A stretch of DNA of 64,000 nt. It comes from Cyanophora paradoxa CCMP329. Taxonomy: Eukaryota > Plantae > Glaucophyta. The stretch lies in assembly GCA_004431415.1 (NCBI GenBank), contig QPMI01000404.1, positions 32,974-96,973 of the forward strand. Direction: 5' to 3'. The notes beneath the pieces are model-generated. The model did no database searches. It had not been told where the DNA came from and worked only from the letters and a program-made list of their open reading frames with translations. Made by a program: the position numbers and the translations under genes. Within the stretch, counting starts at the first letter, position 1. The number at the start of each line of letters is the position of its first letter. Shown here in pieces: positions 41,933 through 52,500 of this stretch.

Positions 41933-43162
41933 TTAGAAGCTACTTACCTTAAGAGTAGACATTTGATATGAATTTATGACTAGAACATTGTGTCGAAGAA
42001 CGTGGAAGTCAACAACAGCTGGTGCGGTGTTTGTACAGCCGGTCACAGTGAGGGAGCAATAGCTGCTGCTGGAATTGAAGAAATCGGTATAACCAAGAAC
42101 AGCGTTGTGGAGTGAATCCTTTCCAGATTTCGAAAGCACAATACCATAGACATTTCCGTCTTCAAAACCAAGGGCTGAATTACCAGTTGTTGCTCCGCGA
42201 TATTGAGTCGGAATGTGATAGCATGACGATACAAAACCAGAGATGGGCTTGTTGCTAATGTCGAGAGTTCGGTTGTTGTGCATAATCTCAAACGAATCAA
42301 TCTTCAAAGCGTTTCCGTTGCCAGCAAATGAATTGTGGTTGTGTGTTCCCAGGTGAATCGCATTTCGCACTGTCATCAAAATTGCGTGCACAAGACCACT
42401 AACGTTAGCAAGTGATATTTCGACAGCGTTTCCTGCGTCGTCCGTCTTAAGCTGGCGTGAGCGCTTCGAAATGATCTCCGTGAAGGGAATTCGAATACCA
42501 CCACTCTCGTTTGCGGATTTTAGCATCGCCTCGGCCTCCTCGCTAGGGATGTTCACGAACTGACAAACCAGGGCGCAATCCGTTAGAGTCGCAATAGCAT
42601 CAGCAACAGTTCCAATCACACCAGCCGAACGGAAGTCAATCTCGACGGTTGGCATATCCGCAAGTGCTAGCAGAGGGAAATATGAATTGTCCCAAAGCTG
42701 GGATGGGATCTTCAGCACGTACTCTCGGCTTGCATCGAGAATCTCTAGAGCTGCGTCTTTTCCAAATCCGTAGCTGCTAGCAAACGCTTGGGCGGATGCA
42801 ACGCTATTATCAATTAGCGCGTTCACAGTAAGCCAGTCTCCGGGTATCACCATCTTGAATGAACCATGAACAAAGCGGACGTTTTCGATAAATGCACCAG
42901 CACCATTAGGCAGCACCGAAGCGGCAGCTCCACCAGCGACTGTGACCTTAAAATATAGGGAAACACCGTTTAGAAGTTGCTTGCGCGGAAGGTCGAAAGC
43001 GGCAGTTTGTGCGAATCCGTATGAGTTACCTCGCGGACGGATCGTCTCAAGGAAAGGCTTAAACTTTGGGCTAACACCGACAGTTAGACCTGGTGATAGA
43101 TAAAGCTCGTTCGATCCTTTGGTTGTTAGGAGCTCTTTCAGAGTAGTTCCTGCTTGCGCCAT
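41933..43162 (-). CDS. Double-jelly-roll major capsid protein
   Basis: 409 aa, same length as and collinear with 4266-5495. Confidence 0.88.
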   Translation of the reverse strand: MAQAGTTLKELLTTKGSNELYLSPGLTVGVSPKFKPFLETIRPRGNSYGFAQTAAFDLPRKQLLNGVSLYFKVTVAGGAAASVLPNGAGAFIENVRFVHGSFKMVIPGDWLTVNALIDNSVASAQAFASSYGFGKDAALEILDASREYVLKIPSQLWDNSYFPLLALADMPTVEIDFRSAGVIGTVADAIATLTDCALVCQFVNIPSEEAEAMLKSANESGGIRIPFTEIISKRSRQLKTDDAGNAVEISLANVSGLVHAILMTVRNAIHLGTHNHNSFAGNGNALKIDSFEIMHNNRTLDISNKPISGFVSSCYHIPTQYRGATTGNSALGFEDGNVYGIVLSKSGKDSLHNAVLGYTDFFNSSSSYCSLTVTGCTNTAPAVVDFHVLRHNVLVINSYQMSTLKVSSF

Positions 43163-43206
43163 TTGATATTATATTACAGAATATTTTCACGTATATTGTT
43201 GTAAAG

Positions 43207-44082
43207 ATGAAACTCCGCGTAAATGTTGATTCTAGAGATCGGTTCGAAGGCACGTCCTCGAATTTCAAAATTAATCTGCCTCGGGCGTTAGCAAACGTGA
43301 AGTCGGCTAGAATTGAATCGCTAGAACTTTTTCATAATATGTATAATCTAGCTGCTGATGCTTCAATAACAACCATTACGCTCGATCCTAGCAACGTCAT
43401 TAAAACCAGAACGAACCTATTTCGAGCTGGATCATATACTCCAACATCTCTTACGAATTATATGAATGTTCTTTTGAAAACACAACAATATAGTTATTTA
43501 GGTTCTACTTACCAACGCAAGTTCTTAACGGTTTTTGATGATGTTTCAATGAAAATCACAATCTTGTGTGAATCGGAGTTTACTCTAACGTTTTCCACTC
43601 TTGAACTCGCAAATCTGCTCGGCTTCACAAAGGCTGTTACAGAATCTGCAGAACAGCTAGATACTCCAATCACAGTTGATGCTGTTGATTATGCGTTTGC
43701 TATCGTTGGCGATATACCTGTTGATCTTCTTTATCATACTTATCTCTTCCTACATATCGATCAGATTCGTGGTTCGATTCACACAATAAATAAGTGGACA
43801 AACACATCGTTGGCAAAGATTCATATCGATGCGAAATTTGGAGAGCTAATCAAATATACATCTGATGAACGTGTTCCTGTTTCCGTCGATCATAATTCTG
43901 AGTTAGAACAACTTGATGTGTCAATACGTTATTTTAATGGATTTACTGCAGCTATTAACACTGAATTCTCATTCGTTATCGAGTTCGAAATTGAAGATTC
44001 TTCATACACAAAGGCATCACTTCGCTCGTCAATCAGAAACACAGATAGTGAGTTTCATCCGTTTGATCGCAGTTTTGCTTAA
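43207..44082 (+). CDS. Minor capsid protein (penton)
   Basis: VNVDSRDR..NVKSARIESLE..YNL; QLDVSIRYFNG..FSFVIEFE; homolog of 5544-6422. Confidence 0.85.
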   Translation: MKLRVNVDSRDRFEGTSSNFKINLPRALANVKSARIESLELFHNMYNLAADASITTITLDPSNVIKTRTNLFRAGSYTPTSLTNYMNVLLKTQQYSYLGSTYQRKFLTVFDDVSMKITILCESEFTLTFSTLELANLLGFTKAVTESAEQLDTPITVDAVDYAFAIVGDIPVDLLYHTYLFLHIDQIRGSIHTINKWTNTSLAKIHIDAKFGELIKYTSDERVPVSVDHNSELEQLDVSIRYFNGFTAAINTEFSFVIEFEIEDSSYTKASLRSSIRNTDSEFHPFDRSFA

Positions 44083-44143
44083 TTTCACTTCGCGAATGCG
44101 CTTGGCTTGTCTGTCGACTTTTTCTGTTCCTTATTTAAAACAA

Positions 44144-44752
44144 ATGCCTTCGGCTTCTAGAAAACTTACAAACTCACCCAATAAAAAGAATAATATTGAA
44201 TTTTTGAGCGGTGATACTGAATCTTATCCTTTAGTTCGTCGGACTGCTGGTGGTGAGGGAGCATCTATCGATTTTGCTCTTACTGCTGACGAAAACGCTA
44301 TTCTAGATAAGATCCCAAATTCGCGGACAAAGAAAAGCAAAACTAGTAAACTGAAGGATACTGACGATGGTCCGCTGTATGTATCAGAGACTGGTAATCG
44401 TAGCAGATATTTCATAAAAACAGTGACTGGGTTGAAAACAATTTCAAAGAAGCATGCTGGTGATCTTATTGCTGGTATAGCGGTTGAGACTAAAATGGAA
44501 AACAAGATTTTAAACGAACCGATTGTTAAGACCAAAATTTATAAAAAGCTTTCTCCTCCATCATCTGCTGTTCCTGCTAAGACGATCGTCGCAATCCCCG
44601 AGGTGGATGAGAATGCTAGCGAATTACCTGTAGCAAACACATCGATCTTGCGCATCGCCTCTAGCAGCGCTGATCCTGTCGGGCCGTCGATCGAATACAA
44701 ACCAATGTTAAGTGGTTTCACTAAACTTGGACTACGTCATCGGTGGGAATAA
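44144..44752 (+). CDS. Conserved basic hypothetical protein (3' end lies inside the right TIR)
   Basis: ATG 44144 is preceded by CTTATTTAAAA, as is the homolog 6458-7126. Confidence 0.8.
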   Translation: MPSASRKLTNSPNKKNNIEFLSGDTESYPLVRRTAGGEGASIDFALTADENAILDKIPNSRTKKSKTSKLKDTDDGPLYVSETGNRSRYFIKTVTGLKTISKKHAGDLIAGIAVETKMENKILNEPIVKTKIYKKLSPPSSAVPAKTIVAIPEVDENASELPVANTSILRIASSSADPVGPSIEYKPMLSGFTKLGLRHRWE

Positions 44753-45260
44753 TTAGCGTCTAGCTAGAACCTGAACTCGAGTATGTAATTAGCTTTCGAT
44801 GATATAGTAATTACGTGTAGCTTAAACCTTGAAACCTCTTGTTTTTTAGATTCAAAGTACACACAAGTAACGTCTAGAATTGAGCTAAACGTGTTTCCTC
44901 TGTTAGCTTCATTGTACTCATTAATATCGTCTAGAATTGAGCTAAACGTGTTTTCTCTGTTAGATTCAAAGTACACACAATTAACGTCTAGCTGTATCTG
45001 AAGATTATTCTGAGACCGGCACTTTGGGGGTCCGCCTAAAAGCACTGCTATATCTTTTGCAAGATCGATCGGACTAGACGTTAGATACTACCTAGCGGAT
45101 GCTGTTTGGTTGGCTTGGAGAGGTGGGGTTGGTAGACGTAACGAAGGGTTGGGAGAGAATGATTGTTGGAAGGCGTTGGAGTGGGTGGTTTTGGTGGTAT
45201 TGGAGGAGTGGGGGTGTTGAAGAGGGGGTTGGCGCAGCACCCCCACGATCTCCTTTTTTT
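44721..45260. repeat. Right terminal inverted repeat of element B (540 bp)
   Basis: CTAAACTTGG...GATCTCCTTTTTTT; reverse complement of 34711-35250. Confidence 0.97.
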
Positions 45261-45880
45261 CCCGCGGCCGGCGAGCTCCACCCCGGAGTACGGCCTCGCT
45301 GGCGGAACCGCTGCGAGATGGCCCGCTGGCGCGTCGCGCTGCGGGCCCCGTGCTCGGAGTTCCGGGGACCGCTGGCGCGGCGCGCCGCGGTCCCGGCCTG
45401 CCCCGCAGGCCCCGGCCGCGCCCGCGGCCGGCGAGCTCCACCCCGGAGTACGGCCTCGCTGGCGGAACCGCTGCGAGCCTCGGAGATGGCCCGCTGGCGC
45501 GTCGCGCTGCGGGCCCCGTGCTCGGAGTTCCGGGGACCGCTGGCGCGGCGCGCCGCGGTCCCGGCCTGCCCCGCAGGCCCGGCCGCGCCCGCGGCCGGCG
45601 AGCTCCACCCCGGAGTACGGCCTCGCTGGCGGAACCGCTGCGAGATGGCCCGCTGGCGCGTCGCGCTGCGGCCCCGGGCTCGGAGTTCCGGGGACCGCTG
45701 GCGCGGCGCGCCGCGGTCCCGGCCTGCCCGCAGGCCCCGGCCGCGCCCGCGGCCGGCGAGCTCCACCCCGGAGTACGGCCTCGCTGGCGGAACCGCTGCG
45801 AGATGGCCTGCTGGCGCGTCGCGCTGCGGGCCCCGTGCTCGGAGTTCCGGGGACCGCTGGCGCGTCGCGCTGCGGGCCCC
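45261..45880. repeat. 160-bp satellite, segment 3
   Basis: Resumes in register after the TSD; about 4 copies. Confidence 0.96.
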
Positions 45881-46559
45881 GCCGGGCCGCGGCCGCACTC
45901 CGTCGCGATCGGAGCGCCCGCTGCGCAAGGCGCATGCCGCCTCGCGATCGATCGCGATCGCAGAGTTTTTGTTTTGTTTGTTTTCGGTCGATTTTAGTCA
46001 ATTCAATTGTTGACTCGACCTAAAAACAAAACAAAAAACAAAAAGCGCGAATTAACGTACCCGGCCGCGCGCCGGCTGGACCGGCGGACCCGTGAACCCG
46101 CGGTGGCCCGCGGCGCGGCGCGCCGAGCGCGCGCGCGCGGTCTCGCTGCCAGCTCGCGGCTGCACCGTGGCACGCTGGCGCTTAAGTTTCCGGGCGCTTC
46201 CGCTCAGAATCCGCCGCCGCAGTGCGCATGCGCGTCAGGCTGCCATCAGGCTGCGGCATCAGCAGCGCATCGCCACATGCCCGGCCGGCCGGGCGGCCGC
46301 ACCGCGGCACGAAAGCTAGTCCCCATGGCCAGTACTACTAGTAGTACTGCAGCTGCAGCCGCCGTGCGCGTGCGAGTCAACCCGGACTCAGCCGACGCCG
46401 CGGCGCCCGACACCGCAGCTGTAACTGTAGCTGCCAGCTTGGCGCTTCCGCTGCCGCAATGCTGTCGCCGGCGCGTTATGCTGCGGACTACGGTCGACGT
46501 CCTCGCTGGCGCTCTAGATCTCGCGGCGAGTCGGCCCGCTGGCTACCTTCCGCGCATCC

Positions 46560-49500
46560 GCACCGCGCCCTCGCGCACCCCCGCACCGCCGCTCGACCCG
46601 TCGCCGCCGCTTAACCTGCTTGCGCAGGGCGGGCCGGCCGCTGGCTCGCCTGCGGCGCCCCCCGGCTGGAGCCCAGGGCCCCACCTCCGCCCCGAGGTCC
46701 GTCACGGCCTCGCGCGACCCCGCACCGCCGCTCGACCCGCCACCGCCGCTTAACCTGCTTGCGTAGGGCGGGCCGGCAACTGGCTCGCCTGCGTCGCTCT
46801 CCGGCTGGAGCCCAGGGCTCCCCCTCCGCCCCGAGGTCCGTCACGGCCTCGCGCGGCCCCGCGCTGCCGCTCGACCCGCCGCCGCCGCTTATCCTGCTTG
46901 CGCAGGGCGGACCGGCCGCTGGCCCACCCGCCGCGCTCCCCTGCTGGAACCCAGGGCTCCACCTCCGCCCCGAGGTCCGTCGCGGCCTCGCGCGGGCCCG
47001 CGCTGCCGCTCGACCCGCCGCCGCCGCATAACCTGCTTGCGCAGGGCGGGCCGGCCGCGGGCTCGCATGCAGCGCTCCCCGGCTGGACCCCAGGGCTCCG
47101 CCTCCGCCCCGAGGTCCGTCACGACTTCGCGCAGCCCCGCGCTGCCGCTCGACCCGCCGCCGCCGCATAACCTGCTTGCGCAGGGCGGGCCGGCCGCTGG
47201 CTCGCATGCAGCGCTCCCCGGCTGGAGCCCAGGGCTCCCCCTTCAACCCGAGGCCTGTCAAGGCCTCGCGCGGCCCCGCGCCGCCACTCGACCCGCCGCC
47301 GCCGCATAACCTGCTTGCGCAGGGCGGGCCGGCCGCTGGCTCGCATACAGCGCTCCCCGGCTGGAGCCCAAGGCTCCACCTCCGCCCCGGGGTCCGTCGC
47401 GGCCTCGCGCGGGCCCGCGCTGCCGCTCGACCCGCCGCCGCCGCTTATCCTGCTTGCGCAGGGCGGGCCGGCCGCGGGCTCGCATGCAGCGCTCCCCGGC
47501 TGGACCCCAGGGCTCCGCCTCCGCCCCGAGGTCCGTCACGGCCTCGCGCAGCCTCGCGCTGCCGCTCGACCCGCCGCCGCCGCATAACCTGCTTGCGCAG
47601 GGCGGGCCGGCCGCTGGCTCGCATGCAGCGCTCCCCGGCTGGAGCCCAAGGCTCCACCTCCACCCCGAGGCCGTCACGGCCTCGTGCGGCCCCGCGCTGC
47701 CGCTCGACCCGTCGCCGCCGCATAACCTGCTGGCGCGGGGCGGGCCGGCCGCTGGCTCGCAGGCAGCACCCCCCGCTCGAGCCCAGGGCGCCACCGCTGC
47801 CCCGAGGTCCGCCACGGCCTCGCGCGGCCCCGCGCTGCCGCTCGACCCGCCGCCGCCGCATAACCTGCTTGCGCAGGGCGGGCCGGCCGCTGGCTCGCAT
47901 GCAGCGCTCCCCGGCTGGAGCCCAAGGCTCCACCTCCGCCCCGAGGTCGGTCACGGCCTCGCGCGGCCCCGCGCTGCCGCTCGACTCGCCGCCGCCGCAT
48001 ACCCTGCTTGCGCAGGGCGGGCCGGCCGCTGGCTCGCATGCAGCGCTCCCCAGCGGGAGCCCAGGGCTCCACCTTCGCCCCGAGGTCCGTCGCGGCCTCG
48101 CGCGGGCCCGCGCTGCCGCTCGACCCGCCGCCGCCGCATACCCTGCTTGCGCAGGGCGGGCCGGCCGCTGGCTCGCATGCAGCGCTCCCCGGCTGGAGCC
48201 CAAGGCTCCACCTCCACCCCGAGGCCGTCACGGCCTCGTGCGGCCCCGCGCTGCCGCTCGACCCGTCGCCGCCGCATAACCTGCTGGCGCGGGGCGGGCC
48301 GGCCGCTGGCTCGCAGCCAGCACCCCCCCGCTCGAGCCCAGGGCGCCACCGCTGCCCCGAGGTCCGCCACGGCCTCGCGCGGCCCGCGCCGCCGCTTGAC
48401 CCGCCGCAGCCGCCTGACCTGCTTGCGCAGGGCGGGCCGGCCGCTTCCTCGCCTGCGGCACTCTCCGGCTGGACACCAGGGCTCCACCGCTGCCCCGAGG
48501 TCCGTCACGGCCTCGTGCGGCCCGGCGCTGCCGCTTAGCTCGGCACAGCCGCCTGACTCAGTTATCACTGACGCAGGGCGGGCCAGCCGCTGAAGCATCC
48601 GCCGCATTCCCCTGCTGGAGCTCAAGGCTCCACCGCCTCCCCGAGGTCTGCAGCGACCTCGCGCGGCCCCGCGCCGCCGCTCGCCCCGCCGCCCGTGGCC
48701 GCCGCATAACCTGCTGGCGCAGGGCGGGCCGGCCGCGGGCTCGCATGCAGCGCTCCCCGGCTGGACCCCAGGGCTCCACCTCCGCCCCGAGATCCGTCAC
48801 GGCTTCGCGCGGACCCCCGCCGCCGCTCGACCCGCCGCCGCCGCATAACCTGCTTGCGCAGGGCGGGCCGGCCGCGGGCTCGCATGCAGCGCTCCCGGCT
48901 GGAGCCCAGGGCCCCACCTCCGCCCCGAGGCCCGTCACGGCCTCGCGCGGACCCCCGCCGCTGCTCGACCCGCCGCCGCCGCATGACCTGCTTGCGCAGG
49001 GCGGGCCGGCCGCGGGCTCGTCCGCCGCGCTCTCCGGCTGGAGCTCAAGGCCCACCGCCGCCCGAGGTCCGTCGCGGCCTCGCGCGGCCCGCGCTACCAC
49101 CCGACCGCCGCCGCCGCATACCCTGCTTGCGCAGGGCGGGCCGGCCGCGGGCTCGCATACCGCGATCCCCGCTGGAGCCCAAGGCTCCACCTCCGCCCCG
49201 GGTCCGTCACGGCCTCGCGCGGCCCCGCGCTGCCGCTCGACCCGCAGCCACCGCCTGACCTGCTTGCGCAGGCGGGCCGGCCACTGGCTCGCATACCGCG
49301 CTCTCCGGCTGGAGCTCAAGGCTCCACCTCCGCCCCGGGGTCCGTCACGACCTCGCGCGGCCCCACGCCGCCGCTTGACCCGCCGCCGCCGCATAACCTG
49401 CTGACGCGGGGCGGGCCGGCCGCTGGCTCGCAGGCAGCGCTCCCCGGCTCGAGCCCAGGGCTCCACCTCCGCCCCCAGGTCTGCAGCGACCTCGCGCGGC

Positions 49501-52500
49501 CCGCGCTGCGCTCGACCCGCCGCCGCCGCATAACCTGCTTGCGCAGGGCGGGCCGGCCGCTGGCTCGCATACGGCGCTCCCGGCTGGACCCCAGGGCTCC
49601 GCCTCCGCCCCGAGGTCCGTCACGGCCTCGTGCGGCCCCGCGCTGCCGCTCGACCCGCCGCCGCCGCATTACCTGCTTGCGCAGGGCGGGCCGGCCACTG
49701 GCTCGCATACCGCGCTCCCCGGCTGGAGCCCAAGGCTCCACCTCCGCCTCGAGGTCGGTCACGGCCTCGCGCGGCCCCGCGGTGCCGCTCGACTCGCCGC
49801 CGCCGCATACCCTGCTTGCGCAGGGCGGGCCGGCCGCTGGCTCGCATGCAGCGCTCCCCAGCGGGAGCCCAGGGCTCCACCTTCGCCCCGAGGTCCGTCG
49901 CGGCCTCGCGCGGGCCCGCGCTGCCGCTCGACCCGCCGCCGCCGCATACCCTGCTTGCGCAGGGCGGGCCGGCCGCTGGCTCGCATGCAGCGCTCCCCGG
50001 CTGGAGCCCAAGGCTCCACCTCCACCCCGAGGCCGTCACGGCCTCGTGCGGCCCCGCGCTGCCGCTCGACCCGCCGCCGCCGCTTATCCTGCTTGCGCAG
50101 GGCGGGCCGGCCGCGGGCTCGCATGCAGCGCTCCCCGGCTGGACCCCAGGGCTCCGCCTCCGCCCCGAGGTCCGTCACGGCCTCGCGCAGCCTCGCGCTG
50201 CCGCTCGACCCGCCGCCGCCGCATAACCTGCTTGCGCAGGGCGGGCCGGCCGCTGGCTCGCATGCAGCGCTCCCCGGCTGGAGCCCAAGGCTCCACCTCC
50301 ACCCCGAGGCCGTCACGGCCTCGTGCGGCCCCGCGCTGCCGCTCGACCCGTCGCCGCCGCATAACCTGCTGGCGCGGGGCGGGCCGGCCGCTGGCTCGCA
50401 GCCAGCACCCCCCCGCTCGAGCCCAGGGCGCCACCGCTGCCCCGAGGTCCGCCACGGCCTCGCGCGGCCCCGCGCCGCCGCTTGACCCGCCGCAGCCGCC
50501 TGACCTGCTTGCGCAGGGCGGGCCGGCCGCTTCCTCGCCTGCGGCACTCTCCGGCTGGACACCAGGGCTCCACCGCTGCCCCGAGGTCCGTCACGGCCTC
50601 GTGCGGCCCGGCGCTGCCGCTTAGCTCGGCACAGCCGCCTGACTCAGTTATCACTGACGCAGGGCGGGCCAGCCGCTGAAGCATCCGCCGCATTCCCCTG
50701 CTGGAGCTCAAGGCTCCACCGCCTCCCCGAGGTCTGCAGCGACCTCGCGCGGCCCCGCGCCGCCGCTCGCCCCGCCGCCGTGGCCGCCGCATAACCTGCT
50801 GGCGCAGGGCGGGCCGGCCGCGGGCTCGCATGCAGCGCTCCCCGGCTGGACCCCAGGGCTCCACCTCCGCCCCGAGATCCGTCACGGCTTCGCGCGGACC
50901 CCCGCCGCCGCTCGACCCGCCGCCGCCGCATAACCTGCTTGCGCAGGGCGGGCCGGCCGCGGGCTCGCATGCAGCGCTCCCCGGCTGGAGCCCAGGGCCC
51001 CACCTCCGCCCCGAGGCCCGTCACGGCCTCGCGCGGACCCCCGCCGCTGCTCGACCCGCCGCCGCCGCATGACCTGCTTGCGCAGGGCGGGCCGGCCGCG
51101 GGCTCGTCCGCCGCGCTCTCCGGCTGGAGCTCAAGGCCCCACCGCCGCCCCGAGGTCCGTCGCGGCCTCGCGCGGCCCCGCGCTACCACCCGACCCGCCG
51201 CCGCCGCATACCCTGCTTGCGCAGGGCGGGCCGGCCGCGGGCTCGCATACCGCGATCCCCGGCTGGAGCCCAAGGCTCCACCTCCGCCCCGGGGTCCGTC
51301 ACGGCCTCGCGCGGCCCCGCGCTGCCGCTCGACCCGCAGCCACCGCCTGACCTGCTTGCGCAGGGCGGGCCGGCCACTGGCTCGCATACCGCGCTCTCCG
51401 GCTGGAGCTCAAGGCTCCACCTCCGCCCCGGGGTCCGTCACGACCTCGCGCGGCCCCACGCCGCCGCTTGACCCGCCGCCGCCGCATAACCTGCTGACGC
51501 GGGGCGGGCCGGCCGCTGGCTCGCAGGCAGCGCTCCCCGGCTCGAGCCCAGGGCTCCACCTCCGCCCCCAGGTCTGCAGCGACCTCGCGCGGCCCCGCGC
51601 TGCCGCTCGACCCGCCGCCGCCGCATAACCTGCTTGCGCAGGGCGGGCCGGCCGCTGGCTCGCATACGGCGCTCCCCGGCTGGACCCCAGGGCTCCGCCT
51701 CCGCCCCGAGGTCCGTCACGGCCTCGTGCGGCCCCGCGCTGCCGCTCGACCCGCCGCCGCCGCATTACCTGCTTGCGCAGGGCGGGCCGGCCACTGGCTC
51801 GCATACCGCGCTCCCCGGCTGGAGCCCAAGGCTCCACCTCCGCCTCGAGGTCGGTCACGGCCTCGCGCGGCCCCGCGGTGCCGCTCGACTCGCCGCCGCC
51901 GCATACCCTGCTTGCGCAGGGCGGGCCGGCCGCTGGCTCGCATGCAGCGCTCCCCAGCGGGAGCCCAGGGCTCCACCTTCGCCCCGAGGTCCGTCGCGGC
52001 CTCGCGCGGGCCCGCGCTGCCGCTCGACCCGCCGCCGCCGCATACCCTGCTTGCGCAGGGCGGGCCGGCCGCTGGCTCGCATGCAGCGCTCCCCGGCTGG
52101 AGCCCAAGGCTCCACCTCCACCCCGAGGCCGTCACGGCCTCGTGCGGCCCGCGCTGCCGCTCGACCCGTCGCCGCCGCATAACCTGCTGGCGCGGGGCGG
52201 GCCGGCCGCTGGCTCGCAGCCAGCACCCCCCGCTCGAGCCAGGGCGCCACCGCTGCCCCGAGGTCCGCCACGGCCTCGCGCGGCCCCGCGCCGCCGCTTG
52301 ACCCGCCGCAGCCGCCTGACCTGCTTGCGCAGGGCGGGCCGGCCGCTTCCTCGCCTGCGGCACTCTCCGGCTGGACACCAGGGCTCCACCGCTGCCCCGA
52401 GGTCCGTCACGGCCTCGTGCGGCCCGGCGCTGCCGCTTAGCTCGGCACAGCCGCCTGACTCAGTTATCACTGACGCAGGGCGGGCCAGCCGCTGAAGCAT

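Larger units (their letters stand above)
34711..45260. mobile_element. Complete endogenous Polinton/Maverick-like virus, element B (10,550 bp)
   Basis: 540-bp TIRs; 6-bp TSD CCCGCG (34705-34710, 45261-45266); pPolB, rve integrase, ATPase, MCP and penton are all intact. Confidence 0.97.

Noticed and set aside
34711-45260. Prophage or true virophage (Lavidaviridae)
   Set aside because: The gene set, TIRs and 6-bp TSD are Polinton-type; the 409-aa MCP is shorter than typical virophage MCPs and the conserved virophage protease is absent.
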